A stretch of DNA of 20,000 bases from an uncultured virus (IMG/VR IMGVR_UViG_3300031993_000054). Its lineage: Duplodnaviria > Heunggongvirae > Uroviricota > Caudoviricetes. Below the pieces are notes generated by a model, which was not told where the DNA came from, did not search any database, and saw only the letters and a program-made list of their open reading frames with translations. The stretch lies in the IMG/VR virus record IMGVR_UViG_3300031993_000054, one strand, 5' to 3'. The translations under genes and the position numbers were made by a program. Below, in pieces: positions 8,474-17,816 of this stretch; positions within the stretch are counted from its first letter, which is position 1, and every line of letters starts with the position of its first letter.

Positions 8474-8821
8474 TTAGAACGGGTCAGGACCTTCCGCAGC
8501 AGGTGCCGGGGCAGATGCTGCCGGAGCGGGGGCGGCCGCCTGGGCGCCTTCGATGGCCCAGTCGAAGCAATTCACGTTGTGATACCACTTGCCGTTGTAC
8601 TCACGGCTGGTCACGTCATAGTAGAACGTGCCCTTCTGGCCGGCGCGGAGTTTGGCAAACTCCTCGGCGCGGTTGCTGCGACACTCCAGCATCAGCGTGC
8701 TGTTGTACCGGCCGTTCTCGTACTCAATGACAATTTTCGCCGTGGCCCAAGGACCACGCTGCCCCGTTCCCCGTTCTATCGGGAGGACTTGGGTGATGCG
8801 TCCTACTACTTCATTTTTCAT
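8474..8821 (-). CDS. DUF3127-family OB-fold / SSB-like protein
   Basis: GRITQVLP...G...W, and YDVTSREYNGKWYHNVNCF motifs; Ala/Pro linker and acidic C-terminus EGPDPF. Confidence 0.8.
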   Translation of the reverse strand: MKNEVVGRITQVLPIERGTGQRGPWATAKIVIEYENGRYNSTLMLECRSNRAEEFAKLRAGQKGTFYYDVTSREYNGKWYHNVNCFDWAIEGAQAAAPAPAASAPAPAAEGPDPF

Positions 8822-9437
8822 CTTCGGTATTAAATTGAATGTCTAACATCTCTTCCTTTGCAAAATGTATGCCATGCTTCTCACATTCCTGGAGATATTT
8901 GCAATGAGGGCAGGCGTCTTCTGCATTTTCCTCGCAGAACTGACGGTAAGCGCACTGGCCGCACTGAACAGGCAGATACCGGCGAGGCTCCTCAGGGGCG
9001 TTCTCGTCCATATCCAGGAGACCGATCTTGTCGGCCAACTTCATGACCATCTCAGGATCCTTCGCCTGCTCAATGTTCTGGATTAGCGACATAGAGAACT
9101 CCGTGAGTTTCTCCTTGGACTTTGCCTTCCTTTCCTCCAGAGTGAGTTCCGGGGCGAAAGGCTTCAACTCCTTGCTCGGATCCAGGAACTTCTCCAGGGT
9201 GGCCTGATATGCAACAAGGTACTCCTTCACCTCCTTGCGGGCAAAGAACTGCCGGACGTACTCGTCGATAGCAGCCTGGGCACGGGAATTGAGCATGTCT
9301 GGACGAGCGAAGGCGATGTAGGCGTCCCGTCTGGGACAACCAGACAGGACGTGCCATGTGAGCGCGTTCTGTTCGTCCTGAGTTAGAGCGGAGACGGCGT
9401 AGCCGTCGGGCCGCATTGGAATCATTGATTTGGCCAT
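8811..9437 (-). CDS. Hypothetical protein with N-terminal HTH-like region and C-terminal Cys cluster (possible terminase small subunit)
   Basis: 208 aa; 'RRDAYIAF...RKEVKEYL' helical pattern, coiled middle, CGQC-x4-C-x7-CPHC-x5-C. Confidence 0.45.
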   Translation of the reverse strand: MAKSMIPMRPDGYAVSALTQDEQNALTWHVLSGCPRRDAYIAFARPDMLNSRAQAAIDEYVRQFFARKEVKEYLVAYQATLEKFLDPSKELKPFAPELTLEERKAKSKEKLTEFSMSLIQNIEQAKDPEMVMKLADKIGLLDMDENAPEEPRRYLPVQCGQCAYRQFCEENAEDACPHCKYLQECEKHGIHFAKEEMLDIQFNTEDEK

Positions 9438-9451
9438 AGGTTACAAATATA

Positions 9452-9856
9452 CTACTTTTTGCTGAGATAATCCTTCAATACTGCGCGAAATTCCTCTTCC
9501 GACCTAACAACGACATACATGTACCCCTGTGCTTTAACGGCAGCCTCCCAAGCCTTTTGGTATGGTGACTGATAGCCGGTCTCTGTCTTTAATTCAATGC
9601 AGAGTCCATGATATCCACCACGAGGAATGAGCAGGATAAGATCCGACACTCCACGGACGATGCCTTCTGCACGACGCCTGGCGCCAAGGTAGCCACTCCC
9701 TCCATCGTCCATCTCATTTGCAACGTGAAACAGGAGGTTCCTGGTCTCGGGAAAATCATTCCAAGCCGCCTTGACGCAAGCGGCCTGGATTATCATTTCA
9801 GGCGCCTGCCGGTGCCTCTTATTGTATGGATTCGGCGGTGTTGGGGTCGTTGCCAT
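9452..9856 (-). CDS. VRR-NUC domain nuclease
   Basis: E..IQ, LFHVANE, GVSDLILL, IELK, QSPYQK motifs. Confidence 0.9.
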   Translation of the reverse strand: MATTPTPPNPYNKRHRQAPEMIIQAACVKAAWNDFPETRNLLFHVANEMDDGGSGYLGARRRAEGIVRGVSDLILLIPRGGYHGLCIELKTETGYQSPYQKAWEAAVKAQGYMYVVVRSEEEFRAVLKDYLSKK

Positions 9857-10185
9857 TACCTTATGATTTTGTACATAAGAATCAAGTCATCCTGCTCGCG
9901 AATCCTCGTGAAGCCATGCTTTTCGTAGAACGACACAACGAAAGGCTCCGTGACCGAGTTGAGGTCTATCCGAAAAATTCCACGACTTTTACACTCATCC
10001 TCGCAATGTTTCAAAAGCCTCGTGGCGATGCCGTTCTTTCTGTACTGCGGAATCACGCTAAGACCAGAAATATACGCAACTCCAGGATTCGATTTTTCAA
10101 ACGATACTGATACACAGCCATGTCCACCATCGGCTATGAAATCAAGACTTTGGCCCCACGGCCATGTATTTTCATGAACTATCAT
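9856..10185 (-). CDS. GNAT-family N-acetyltransferase
   Basis: LSVIPQYRKNGIATRLL (acetyl-CoA binding motif A) and FYEKHGF. Confidence 0.9.
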   Translation of the reverse strand: MIVHENTWPWGQSLDFIADGGHGCVSVSFEKSNPGVAYISGLSVIPQYRKNGIATRLLKHCEDECKSRGIFRIDLNSVTEPFVVSFYEKHGFTRIREQDDLILMYKIIR

Positions 10186-10186
10186 A

Positions 10187-11674
10187 TTACAATAATTTTG
10201 GATCTGAGTCTTCGGTGATTTTCACCTTGCTTAATATATTCTTGCTGAAAAAGTAGTAGTATTTTGGATTCAATCCCAGTACCTTTGCGGCCCTCTGGAA
10301 AGCGGCCTTTTTCTCCTTGCTGTTCATTATGCAAACCTGCACAAGAATCCAGTTCGTATTCTTCCCAAGCAACTTCATCTCGGCCACATACTCTTCCACG
10401 GTCTGCTTCCGTTCGTAATTCCTCTTGTCAACAATCTCCTGCAACTCAGCCCGGAATGTTTCCTGCTTCGTAGGAAAGTGGTAGCCGCAGAATGGGCAGT
10501 CCGAATACTGAACCGCAATCATCTTCTGGCACTGAGGGCATATCTTCGTGGGTGCCACTCCGCCACCGGCACCGGTCTTATGCCACACGCCCCACTCCCT
10601 GTCATCCTCGTATCGGCCAAGGCGCTCGAAATTCAAGCCGAAGTCCATGCAGATAAACTCACCGTTCTTCCCAGGAGCAGGACGGCTGGCACGGCCAAGG
10701 CACTGGAGGTACTTGACGAGAGATGTGGTGGAGAACATGAGCATCACGACCTTGATATCCGGGATATCGAGGCCGGTGGTGAAGAGTCCGAAATTGACCA
10801 GCACCGGGAAGTCTCCCCGGGCAAACCCCTCCACAACATCCCGGCGCTCTCCGCTGTATTCCTCATCCTCATCGAAGTCTCCAGACAGGCAATACCTGGC
10901 ATCTACGCCGGCCTCACAGAAAGCCTTCGTTACTTGGATAGTCTGCTCGGACGAGCAGCAGAACACAAGGCACTTCTCGCCCGGACAGATGCGCTGGTAG
11001 TTTTCCACGGCACCGACATACCTGGCCTGCGATTTGAACTTGTCAGCCATCTGGCCCAGGTTGTAGTCACCACGGGAAGCACTCCACTCAACGTCATCCA
11101 TTCTCGGAGCATCCAAAGAGAATAGGCGGCATCTGCATAGGAACCCAAGGTCGATAAGGTCCTTGACGGAAGGGCCGGTGACTACGGCTCCGTAGTCGAG
11201 GCCCAACTGGCGCTGCTGACCATACCTGGCCGGCGAAGCAGACAGGCCAACCACGAAGGGCTTCTCCGGCAAGACGTCGAACACGAAGTCAAACTCTGCC
11301 CTGTGGCACTCGTCCAGGATCAGCATCGTGAAACCCTGGAACCACTTCATCCAATCCTCCTTCTTCACGCGCTGTCGGGCCGTCTGGGCCATCATACAAA
11401 CACAAGGCTCCTGCGGTATCTTCCGCGTCTTCGAGAGCACCGTAGCCACGTTTGCGCCCCATTTGGCGCAGTGTCCGGCATCCTGCTTGATAATCTCCTC
11501 GCTGTGGGCCAATATCAGAACAGTGTTGCCCTTGCTAAGGCTCATGGTGGCGATGGCTCCAAGGATTACACCCTTGCCGCCGCCAGTAGGTAACTGGTAT
11601 ATCACCCTGTGGTAGTTCCGCAAGGCAACTCTCAGTTCATCGACACTTTCCTTCTGATATGGTCTCAGTTCCAT
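10187..11674 (-). CDS. SF2 DEAD/DEAH-like helicase with C-terminal zinc ribbon
   Basis: LRPYQ, LPTGGGKG, DECH, LSASP, TGLDIP, QCLGRASR, CPQC-x10-CPFC. Confidence 0.92.
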   Translation of the reverse strand: MELRPYQKESVDELRVALRNYHRVIYQLPTGGGKGVILGAIATMSLSKGNTVLILAHSEEIIKQDAGHCAKWGANVATVLSKTRKIPQEPCVCMMAQTARQRVKKEDWMKWFQGFTMLILDECHRAEFDFVFDVLPEKPFVVGLSASPARYGQQRQLGLDYGAVVTGPSVKDLIDLGFLCRCRLFSLDAPRMDDVEWSASRGDYNLGQMADKFKSQARYVGAVENYQRICPGEKCLVFCCSSEQTIQVTKAFCEAGVDARYCLSGDFDEDEEYSGERRDVVEGFARGDFPVLVNFGLFTTGLDIPDIKVVMLMFSTTSLVKYLQCLGRASRPAPGKNGEFICMDFGLNFERLGRYEDDREWGVWHKTGAGGGVAPTKICPQCQKMIAVQYSDCPFCGYHFPTKQETFRAELQEIVDKRNYERKQTVEEYVAEMKLLGKNTNWILVQVCIMNSKEKKAAFQRAAKVLGLNPKYYYFFSKNILSKVKITEDSDPKLL

Positions 11675-12033
11675 TATTCTTCAATCTCAAGTTTCACCCA
11701 ATGCCAATAGTAATCGCAATATCCAAGCCGGCTGTTCCACATCGACTGGAGATTGACGAAGGGGATGCCGAACTTGCGCTGGCAGAAGTCGTCGAAACGT
11801 TCCGTGTAGGATCCGTCACGATTGTTGGTTGTGCTCTGAAAGACCGGTATGCACTTCTTCCCATCCAGAGTCTCAAATCGGATTCCTTCCATCGACCAAC
11901 CTGGCCGTTTCCAGAATGATTCATCAACGGCGTTGGACGGGAAGAAGACGTCTGGGGCGTACTTCGCCTGGATGCGATAGTACACCTTCTGCACAACTGG
12001 TGCCGGCGCCTTCTCCTTTACTTTCCTCGGCAT
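11674..12033 (-). CDS. Hypothetical protein
   Basis: 119 aa, TAATG coupling to helicase, co-oriented in operon. Confidence 0.7.
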   Translation of the reverse strand: MPRKVKEKAPAPVVQKVYYRIQAKYAPDVFFPSNAVDESFWKRPGWSMEGIRFETLDGKKCIPVFQSTTNNRDGSYTERFDDFCQRKFGIPFVNLQSMWNSRLGYCDYYWHWVKLEIEE

Positions 12034-12263
12034 AGTGCTATCAGGTTTTCGAGTCCACGGCCACCGCCACCGATACCCTTTCCGTCATACCACCCTGTAA
12101 ACGGATAGTACGTGACGTTGTGGCACCTGACTCGGACCACAAGGCTCAAATCGGTCTCCTGGACCAGAGGAATACCTTCCTCAGCGAAGCGTTTCTTCGC
12201 ATAATCCAACCGCCCGGGTAACACCTCGGCGCGGCGTCTTTTCCATTCAGCGCTCTTTGCCAT
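12018..12263 (-). CDS. Hypothetical protein (small phage protein, YYPFTGWY.GKG..GRG motif)
   Basis: ATG 12263, 81 aa, short overlaps with both neighbours. Confidence 0.7.
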   Translation of the reverse strand: MAKSAEWKRRRAEVLPGRLDYAKKRFAEEGIPLVQETDLSLVVRVRCHNVTYYPFTGWYDGKGIGGGGRGLENLIALCRGK

Positions 12264-12621
12264 ACACAACCATTATACATTTGTCTGGCACCAAAATATC
12301 CCTTCCGTGCCCCTCAATCCTCGCGTAACTCATCCACCTCTTGAAGGCGGCCGCCCACTTCACACCGTAGCGGATCCTGCTCAGGATATCACACATGCGT
12401 TCCCCATCTATGAGAGTGACTGAATCAATCTCAACCTCAAGTCCGTCCATGAACTGCATCTTATCGCCCTTCTTGGCGTCCAGGAATATCCTGGTCTTCT
12501 CATAGAAGGCGCCATAGGGCAAAAGGATGTAGTCATACCAGGTATCTCCAGGGGCGTCATGCTGAGGCTTAAAAATCTTCCTCTGCGAGTTCCTTGATTC
12601 GTAGTTTCTTGCGCGTGTCAT
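12247..12621 (-). CDS. Hypothetical protein
   Basis: 124 aa, co-oriented, fills operon. Confidence 0.65.
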   Translation of the reverse strand: MTRARNYESRNSQRKIFKPQHDAPGDTWYDYILLPYGAFYEKTRIFLDAKKGDKMQFMDGLEVEIDSVTLIDGERMCDILSRIRYGVKWAAAFKRWMSYARIEGHGRDILVPDKCIMVVYGKER

Positions 12622-13189
12622 ACTTTCTGGTCAAATCATGTATGGCCTGGCAGAAGGCGTCCAGGGCTGCTGGACTCATCACACGGTCTTCACCCTCGGA
12701 GCGAGGGTTGCGACGGAAGGCATAGCAGAACTCCTGCATGTACGAGATGTAGTCATTGACAGTCATCTTATGCAGGTGTTTCTCAACCGGCTTCCAGTGC
12801 ACCTTGCTCTCGCCTTTGAAGATCTCCAACTTGACGGGATTCGGGTACTCCAGCCACTCCTCGATTCCGAGGAGGTAGAACTGCATACAGAAGGGGAGGA
12901 AGTACCAGAGATAATTCTTCTTGATAATCCGGTAGATGAAGTCCTGGGAGAACTTCGTGAACCGATTGCGGCGTGCCCACCGGTACAGCGTGAAACGCCA
13001 CATCTCCCAGTCGAAATCATCCGGTTCGCCCAGGACCCCAAAGTCCCAGGCTTCACGATGCTGTTTCAGAAACTCCTTTGCCCCATAGTCGTCACCGAAG
13101 TTGTACGCATCAATAACTCCCTGCTTGAAGCAGAGGTCAAAGAACCGCACCACGGTAGGGGCGGAGGATCTGTTCAGCAAGCACCTCAT
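12569..13189 (-). CDS. Hypothetical aromatic-rich protein
   Basis: Start ATG 13189 gives ATGA overlap with upstream stop; 206 aa. Confidence 0.7.
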   Translation of the reverse strand: MRCLLNRSSAPTVVRFFDLCFKQGVIDAYNFGDDYGAKEFLKQHREAWDFGVLGEPDDFDWEMWRFTLYRWARRNRFTKFSQDFIYRIIKKNYLWYFLPFCMQFYLLGIEEWLEYPNPVKLEIFKGESKVHWKPVEKHLHKMTVNDYISYMQEFCYAFRRNPRSEGEDRVMSPAALDAFCQAIHDLTRKYDTRKKLRIKELAEEDF

Positions 13190-13374
13190 TTCACAACAAT
13201 GTCTTTGTCCAGCAGCCACGAAAGCACCATGAAGTAATCTCCCAGGCTGCATCCGGGCATCCGGTAAGCCCGGCACGTTCCCGGGCGGATTTCACTCAAC
13301 TTGACGGCATGGCGGCCGTTGACCGAAACCATACGGCCGTCCATGTCCTCAAGAATTTGATAAAAGGTAAGCAT
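13186..13374 (-). CDS. Hypothetical small protein
   Basis: ATG 13374 (MLTFYQILED), 62 aa, coupled to the downstream gene. Confidence 0.55.
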   Translation of the reverse strand: MLTFYQILEDMDGRMVSVNGRHAVKLSEIRPGTCRAYRMPGCSLGDYFMVLSWLLDKDIVVK

Positions 13375-13378
13375 ACTA

Positions 13379-14155
13379 CTACTTTTTCGCCTTTTCCTTC
13401 TCCACAATCGTCTGCTTCAACTTTCCGTTCACGACGGACCAGTCACCGACCTTGAAGTCGGCCGGGTTGTGGTCGGAGTCGATGAAGGCGTCGAAGAGGA
13501 TGACGCGCTTGCACATCGAGGCGATAGATTCCAGATAGTCCTTCCGGTCGAATCGGAAGACGATGCCGCGCCACTCGGCGTCCGGTGAGTCCATGTCCTG
13601 AATCACGTCGTCCATCTGAGTGGCATACTTGATCAGGAAGATGGTCTGCACGGTCGGGTTCGAGAGGAACTGGCCGATGAGTTGGTCTCCGTGCTCTTTC
13701 CAGACGGCGGCCTTCTTCTCCTCGTAGGATGTGCGCTCGTCCATGAAGAAGCACTTGGTGTCATTGCCAACCAGTGTCTTGAACTCCAGCACGATGTCCT
13801 CATCCTCTGAGAAGGCATCCGGGCTGGCGCCGAAGCGGTCGAAGCCTTCCGGCACCCAGAACGGCAGCACTTCCTGGTCCTGAGAGTAGATGAAGTTCAC
13901 GCCGGCCAACTCCGGGTAGAGTTTCGGCATGTTCACCACTGCCCAGTGGAAGATGTACGGCTCATTCTCGTGACCGATGTCGAACTGCTTCGCGTTCACC
14001 GGTAGGGCGAATCCGTGGCGGCGCTCCCAGCGCTTCTGACGGATGTACGAGAGGTTGCCATCAATGATCTTTCCGGAAGCCGACGTGAGGCTTCCCAGTT
14101 CGCTCGCGGTAATCCTGCCGCAGCGATTCTCCATCCATTGTTCCTGCTTGTCCAT
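13379..14155 (-). CDS. YqaJ / lambda-exonuclease-family nuclease
   Basis: W...R.GRITAS, GHENE, GASPD, LEFK and Q motifs. Confidence 0.88.
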   Translation of the reverse strand: MDKQEQWMENRCGRITASELGSLTSASGKIIDGNLSYIRQKRWERRHGFALPVNAKQFDIGHENEPYIFHWAVVNMPKLYPELAGVNFIYSQDQEVLPFWVPEGFDRFGASPDAFSEDEDIVLEFKTLVGNDTKCFFMDERTSYEEKKAAVWKEHGDQLIGQFLSNPTVQTIFLIKYATQMDDVIQDMDSPDAEWRGIVFRFDRKDYLESIASMCKRVILFDAFIDSDHNPADFKVGDWSVVNGKLKQTIVEKEKAKK

Positions 14156-14158
14156 AGC

Positions 14159-14788
14159 CTATTCGGGTAAATCGTTGGGGTCAATACCTTCGGCCGGAGC
14201 AGCAGCGGGAGCAGCCGCAGGCGCCGGTTCGGGCATCAGCGCGTCGATGATGGCGTCCTCGACTTCCTGGCTGGCGATATCGAAGCGTTCCTTGATCTGC
14301 TCGATACCGAAACCGTGTTCCTTGGCCCACTTCACAGTGGCCTCAATCTTGTCCTCGGTGACAACCTTCTTCTTGGCCGGCGACGGCGCAGCCGGAGCCG
14401 GATCGGGGTCGTATTTCGAGACACGAAGACCGATAGTCATCTCACCATCGCTGGGGTCGCGGCAAGGCTCAGAGTCCAGGCGGATAGCCAGGCCCAGGCC
14501 AGTGAGAAGGTTGAGACGTCCGTGGCAAGGCGTTCCGTCGGCCACAGGCGTGTCCCAGAAGCGCTTCGCGAGGCGCTTCTTGTTGGTAGAGTTCAGGAGC
14601 ATCGGCTTCTCGATCCCCTGGAGTTTACAGGTCCAGCGCTCGCGCTCGGTCTTACCCTGCACCTTCAAGGTCTCGTGGAAGGCAATCTCCTCGATGATCA
14701 CCCTCGGCAACACCATCGCGTCGCCCAGGATCTCCACGCCGGCGAAATCCGACTTGGAGCCTCTCTTGTAATAGATTCCCTGTTCCAT
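14159..14788 (-). CDS. Putative ssDNA-binding/annealing partner of the exonuclease
   Basis: 209 aa directly upstream of YqaJ; KPMLLNSTNKKRL motif; Ala/Pro linkers and acidic tail DPNDLPE. Confidence 0.5.
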   Translation of the reverse strand: MEQGIYYKRGSKSDFAGVEILGDAMVLPRVIIEEIAFHETLKVQGKTERERWTCKLQGIEKPMLLNSTNKKRLAKRFWDTPVADGTPCHGRLNLLTGLGLAIRLDSEPCRDPSDGEMTIGLRVSKYDPDPAPAAPSPAKKKVVTEDKIEATVKWAKEHGFGIEQIKERFDIASQEVEDAIIDALMPEPAPAAAPAAAPAEGIDPNDLPE

Positions 14789-14800
14789 GATTCTGATAGT

Positions 14801-15322
14801 TTATTTACTCTCTTGCAAATTCTGTGCCTTAACGGCCTTCTTGAACCGGCCATTGGTCTCGCGGTCCATCTTTCTGCGCTCCTTCGGGGACGCATCGACG
14901 TATTCCTGGACGGCCTTCACCTCAGCAATCGCCTGCTCCTCCTCTTCCTCTGGCTCAAGTTCGGTCTTCGACAGACGGGCCTCATACTTTCTGAGCGCCT
15001 TCTGCACATCGTTGACCAGGCCCTGATCGCGAGTCAGCAGCGCGTTCAGTTCGTACAGCGTCAAAGCGAAGCCGTACAGGTTGTCCTCGTGGCCATTGTG
15101 GACGGAAGAGAGCAGGTAAGCGAAGGGATGCTCGTCCGCCATCGCACGCATACTCCAGTTGCCGGACTGCGTGGTGATATCGAGCCAGAAACTACGGAAC
15201 ACGAACTTGAAGCCGTGACCTTCACCTTTCCAGATGACAGGATTTTTGAAGTGGAACAACCACCACTTCTGTACTTTTTGCCAAAACTTTTCCATAACTA
15301 TTTGGTGTTTAATTGTTTCCAT
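14801..15322 (-). CDS. Hypothetical protein
   Basis: 173 aa, co-oriented, phage-like codon usage. Confidence 0.7.
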   Translation of the reverse strand: METIKHQIVMEKFWQKVQKWWLFHFKNPVIWKGEGHGFKFVFRSFWLDITTQSGNWSMRAMADEHPFAYLLSSVHNGHEDNLYGFALTLYELNALLTRDQGLVNDVQKALRKYEARLSKTELEPEEEEEQAIAEVKAVQEYVDASPKERRKMDRETNGRFKKAVKAQNLQESK

Positions 15323-16227
15323 ACAATCATATCCCCGATGTCCGCGTGATCCGGGATCTGCTCAATCGGAAGGCCCCACTTCTCCCACCAGGGCCAGACT
15401 TCTCCCTTCTCCTCCCATGAAATCCTGGCGTCCATATCCGGAAGTAGAAGCACGTTGGTGTCCACCTCCCTAATGTTGGATTTTCCGCCGGTGGCCAGAA
15501 ATCGCCTGCCGTAGAAGAGGCGCCCGAGGAGCGCGGTCTTCTCTGATTCGCAGATGAAGGCCCTCTTTCCATCGTCAGGCAAGCAGGCCCCGAAGAAGCA
15601 GTGCTCCGAGTATCCGTCACGCACCCGGTACTGGCGCCCAGGGAAGAAGGTCTTGTCACGATGCCCATCCTCCTTGTAGAAGATGCGCTTGTCAAAAAGG
15701 ACCTTGTTCTGCTGGTTTACATACCAATATACCACGTTTCCGTGAGAATCTGTCGTCACATTGTACTCTTTCCATACCTCACGCACCTTTTCCTCCGGGA
15801 ACAGAGTACACATCCACCGGAACAGCGAGCATTTGTTGAGGTCGTAGTTGGCGGCCCCACGGATAGCCTCCCAGGGCACATACTTCACCACTTCCTCGGC
15901 CTTCTGCCGGAACTCGCGGTCGTACTTGATGGTCTGGGACTGGCCGTTGATCATCTTGATGGCCTCCTTGTAGTCAGCAGCGCCACCATAGTTGATGAGC
16001 CACGTCTGGAGGCTCATGGACGGACCGCCCTCCTCGGAAAGCCAGACGGTGCCCTGGCTGATGAAGATCTTGAGTTTGTCCCGGCGCCACTGATGCTTGT
16101 CACCGTTCAGGTAGTATCCGCCCTCCAGTTTCTGCCCACGCTGAGTCAGTTCCATCCCAAGCAACTTGGGACAGTTTTTCAGCGCGGCCACCGGGTCGTA
16201 CTCAAAGCGAAATCTCTCCTTTCCCAT
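15298..16227 (-). CDS. Toprim-domain primase-like protein (DUF6371-like)
   Basis: CFFG, FICESEKTA, FLATGG, LLPDMD Toprim motifs; next to D5 helicase. Confidence 0.75.
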   Translation of the reverse strand: MGKERFRFEYDPVAALKNCPKLLGMELTQRGQKLEGGYYLNGDKHQWRRDKLKIFISQGTVWLSEEGGPSMSLQTWLINYGGAADYKEAIKMINGQSQTIKYDREFRQKAEEVVKYVPWEAIRGAANYDLNKCSLFRWMCTLFPEEKVREVWKEYNVTTDSHGNVVYWYVNQQNKVLFDKRIFYKEDGHRDKTFFPGRQYRVRDGYSEHCFFGACLPDDGKRAFICESEKTALLGRLFYGRRFLATGGKSNIREVDTNVLLLPDMDARISWEEKGEVWPWWEKWGLPIEQIPDHADIGDMIVWKQLNTK

Positions 16228-16229
16228 GA

Positions 16230-17702
16230 TTAGAACGGTAAATCGGGTTCATTGTCTGCCGGCAGATCTCCGACAGTATCCTGCGGCGGTTCCACCTCCG
16301 CCTGGATCTTCTGCTCCAGGTAGTACCAGATGCCATCTGCCCTCCGGTGGGAGGCCACGCCCATCTTCTTGAACAGGTCGATGAGGCTCTTCTGGTTCTT
16401 CGGTGTCTCGTTCCAGTCGTTGCAGTAACGGACGTATTCCTGGACCCATTCCTTCTTCGGCTTCCAGCCGATGCCCGTGGTGGCCGTAGGAGTGGCTGCA
16501 ACGTAGCCCTGGGAGTCAATCCAGCGGCGCAGTGAGTTGGCATTGGCCCTCATCTCCTCGACAACCTCCTTCACGGATCCTGCGATATCAATCTTTCCGC
16601 CGTTGGCTATGAAAGCCTTGTAGCCTTCCAGCACCCAGTTGAAAATCGCCGACTTCACTTCCGGCGCCTGGAGTTTCATTTCCAGCATCGGGTCCTTGTC
16701 GCGGTCGTCGATATGGTTCGGCGCCAGGATGATCAGGAACCGGCGGAAGTAACCCTCGGTGTCGTCGGTGGTCGGCGGGATGGTGTTGGCGCAGCAGAGC
16801 ATCAGGGGAATCTTATCCACCTTTGTCGGCCGCTTAGAATAAGGATGACGCCCCGTAAAGGCGCCTCCCGATACGAACTGCTTGAAGTCTCCTCCTGAGA
16901 AGTCCTTGTTGGATACCTCATCGCAGTAATTGACAATCTTTCCGTTGACATCGGCCAGGTGATATTCCATCTGGCTGCTCTTGAATAACTGCTCCGGGGA
17001 GTAACTGCTGGCCACATTTGGCCCGAGCATGTTCACAACGGCCTTGCAGATGATACTCTTTCCGTTCTGGCCTTCGCCAACTACGAAAAGGATGTACTCG
17101 ATCTTGTACTCTGTCCTGCTGGCCAAGAAGCAGCCGCAATACTGATGGAAGGTCTCGCGCATGTTCTCGTCCGGGACGGTCATGCCGAGGACCTTATCCC
17201 AGAGTGCGGACTTGGCGTCTGCAACATAGTCGAAGTCCAGGATGATGTCGGTCTTGTATTTGAGGTCGAACTGGTTCAATTTCATGGTGCCCAGGTCGAA
17301 CACTCCATTCTTGAAGCAAATGTACTGCCGATTCGGGACGAACTTGCAGCGCTCGTCACCTTTCAGACGGTTCAGGCAGTAGTCGCGGACGATCTTGGCG
17401 CTTCCAGTCTGGTAAACAATGCCAACATTCTTCTTCTCCATCACCTCGATGATGAGTTCCAGAAGCGTCTCCTCCAGCATCAACTCATAATACTGGCCGT
17501 TGAAGACGTACAGCATCCCTTCTTCGTCCACCTTGAAGTAATCACAATCCTCATCGCCTTCCACTCCGCAGATATAGCGGCGGAAGGACTTGCAGAGGCC
17601 CGCTTCTGTGCGCTTATTGACTCTCTCGTCTGACAGGCCGGCATCCTCAATGGAGGGTCCGGCGGTCTGGATGAGATAGTCAATTATGTGTTGATACTTC
17701 AT
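16230..17702 (-). CDS. D5/P4-family SF3 replicative helicase (D5_N + ATPase)
   Basis: ICFKNGVFDL, Walker A GEGQNGKS, Walker B NYCDE, motif C CCAN, Arg finger FRRF. Start ATG 17702 (MKYQH) follows a structured leader; ends EPDLPF. Confidence 0.9.
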   Translation of the reverse strand: MKYQHIIDYLIQTAGPSIEDAGLSDERVNKRTEAGLCKSFRRYICGVEGDEDCDYFKVDEEGMLYVFNGQYYELMLEETLLELIIEVMEKKNVGIVYQTGSAKIVRDYCLNRLKGDERCKFVPNRQYICFKNGVFDLGTMKLNQFDLKYKTDIILDFDYVADAKSALWDKVLGMTVPDENMRETFHQYCGCFLASRTEYKIEYILFVVGEGQNGKSIICKAVVNMLGPNVASSYSPEQLFKSSQMEYHLADVNGKIVNYCDEVSNKDFSGGDFKQFVSGGAFTGRHPYSKRPTKVDKIPLMLCCANTIPPTTDDTEGYFRRFLIILAPNHIDDRDKDPMLEMKLQAPEVKSAIFNWVLEGYKAFIANGGKIDIAGSVKEVVEEMRANANSLRRWIDSQGYVAATPTATTGIGWKPKKEWVQEYVRYCNDWNETPKNQKSLIDLFKKMGVASHRRADGIWYYLEQKIQAEVEPPQDTVGDLPADNEPDLPF

Positions 17703-17816
17703 TTGCGGTTTGTAAAAAACCCCACATCCAGAGAGCACCCCTATACGGGGCGTTGGCACATCTCTCTTTCAGTGGGGTAAATTTCTGCGCTCAGTGTGCC
17801 AAAACTGAGGTTGCGG
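17703..17816 (-). promoter_or_regulatory. Structured 5' leader / attenuator candidate
   Basis: Hairpin CTCAGT-TTTGGCAC-ACTGAG, then a long bulged hairpin (ACCCCAC/GTGGGGT, AGAGAG/CTCTCT, CGCCCC/GGGGTG) ending in a T-tract; loop TTGGCAC complements bulge GTGCCAA. Confidence 0.65.

Noticed and set aside
17703..17759. GTG-started extension of the D5 helicase, and TTG extension at 19610-19651
   Set aside because: These overlap the structured leader and the sigma54-type motif; downstream ATGs have typical A-rich contexts.
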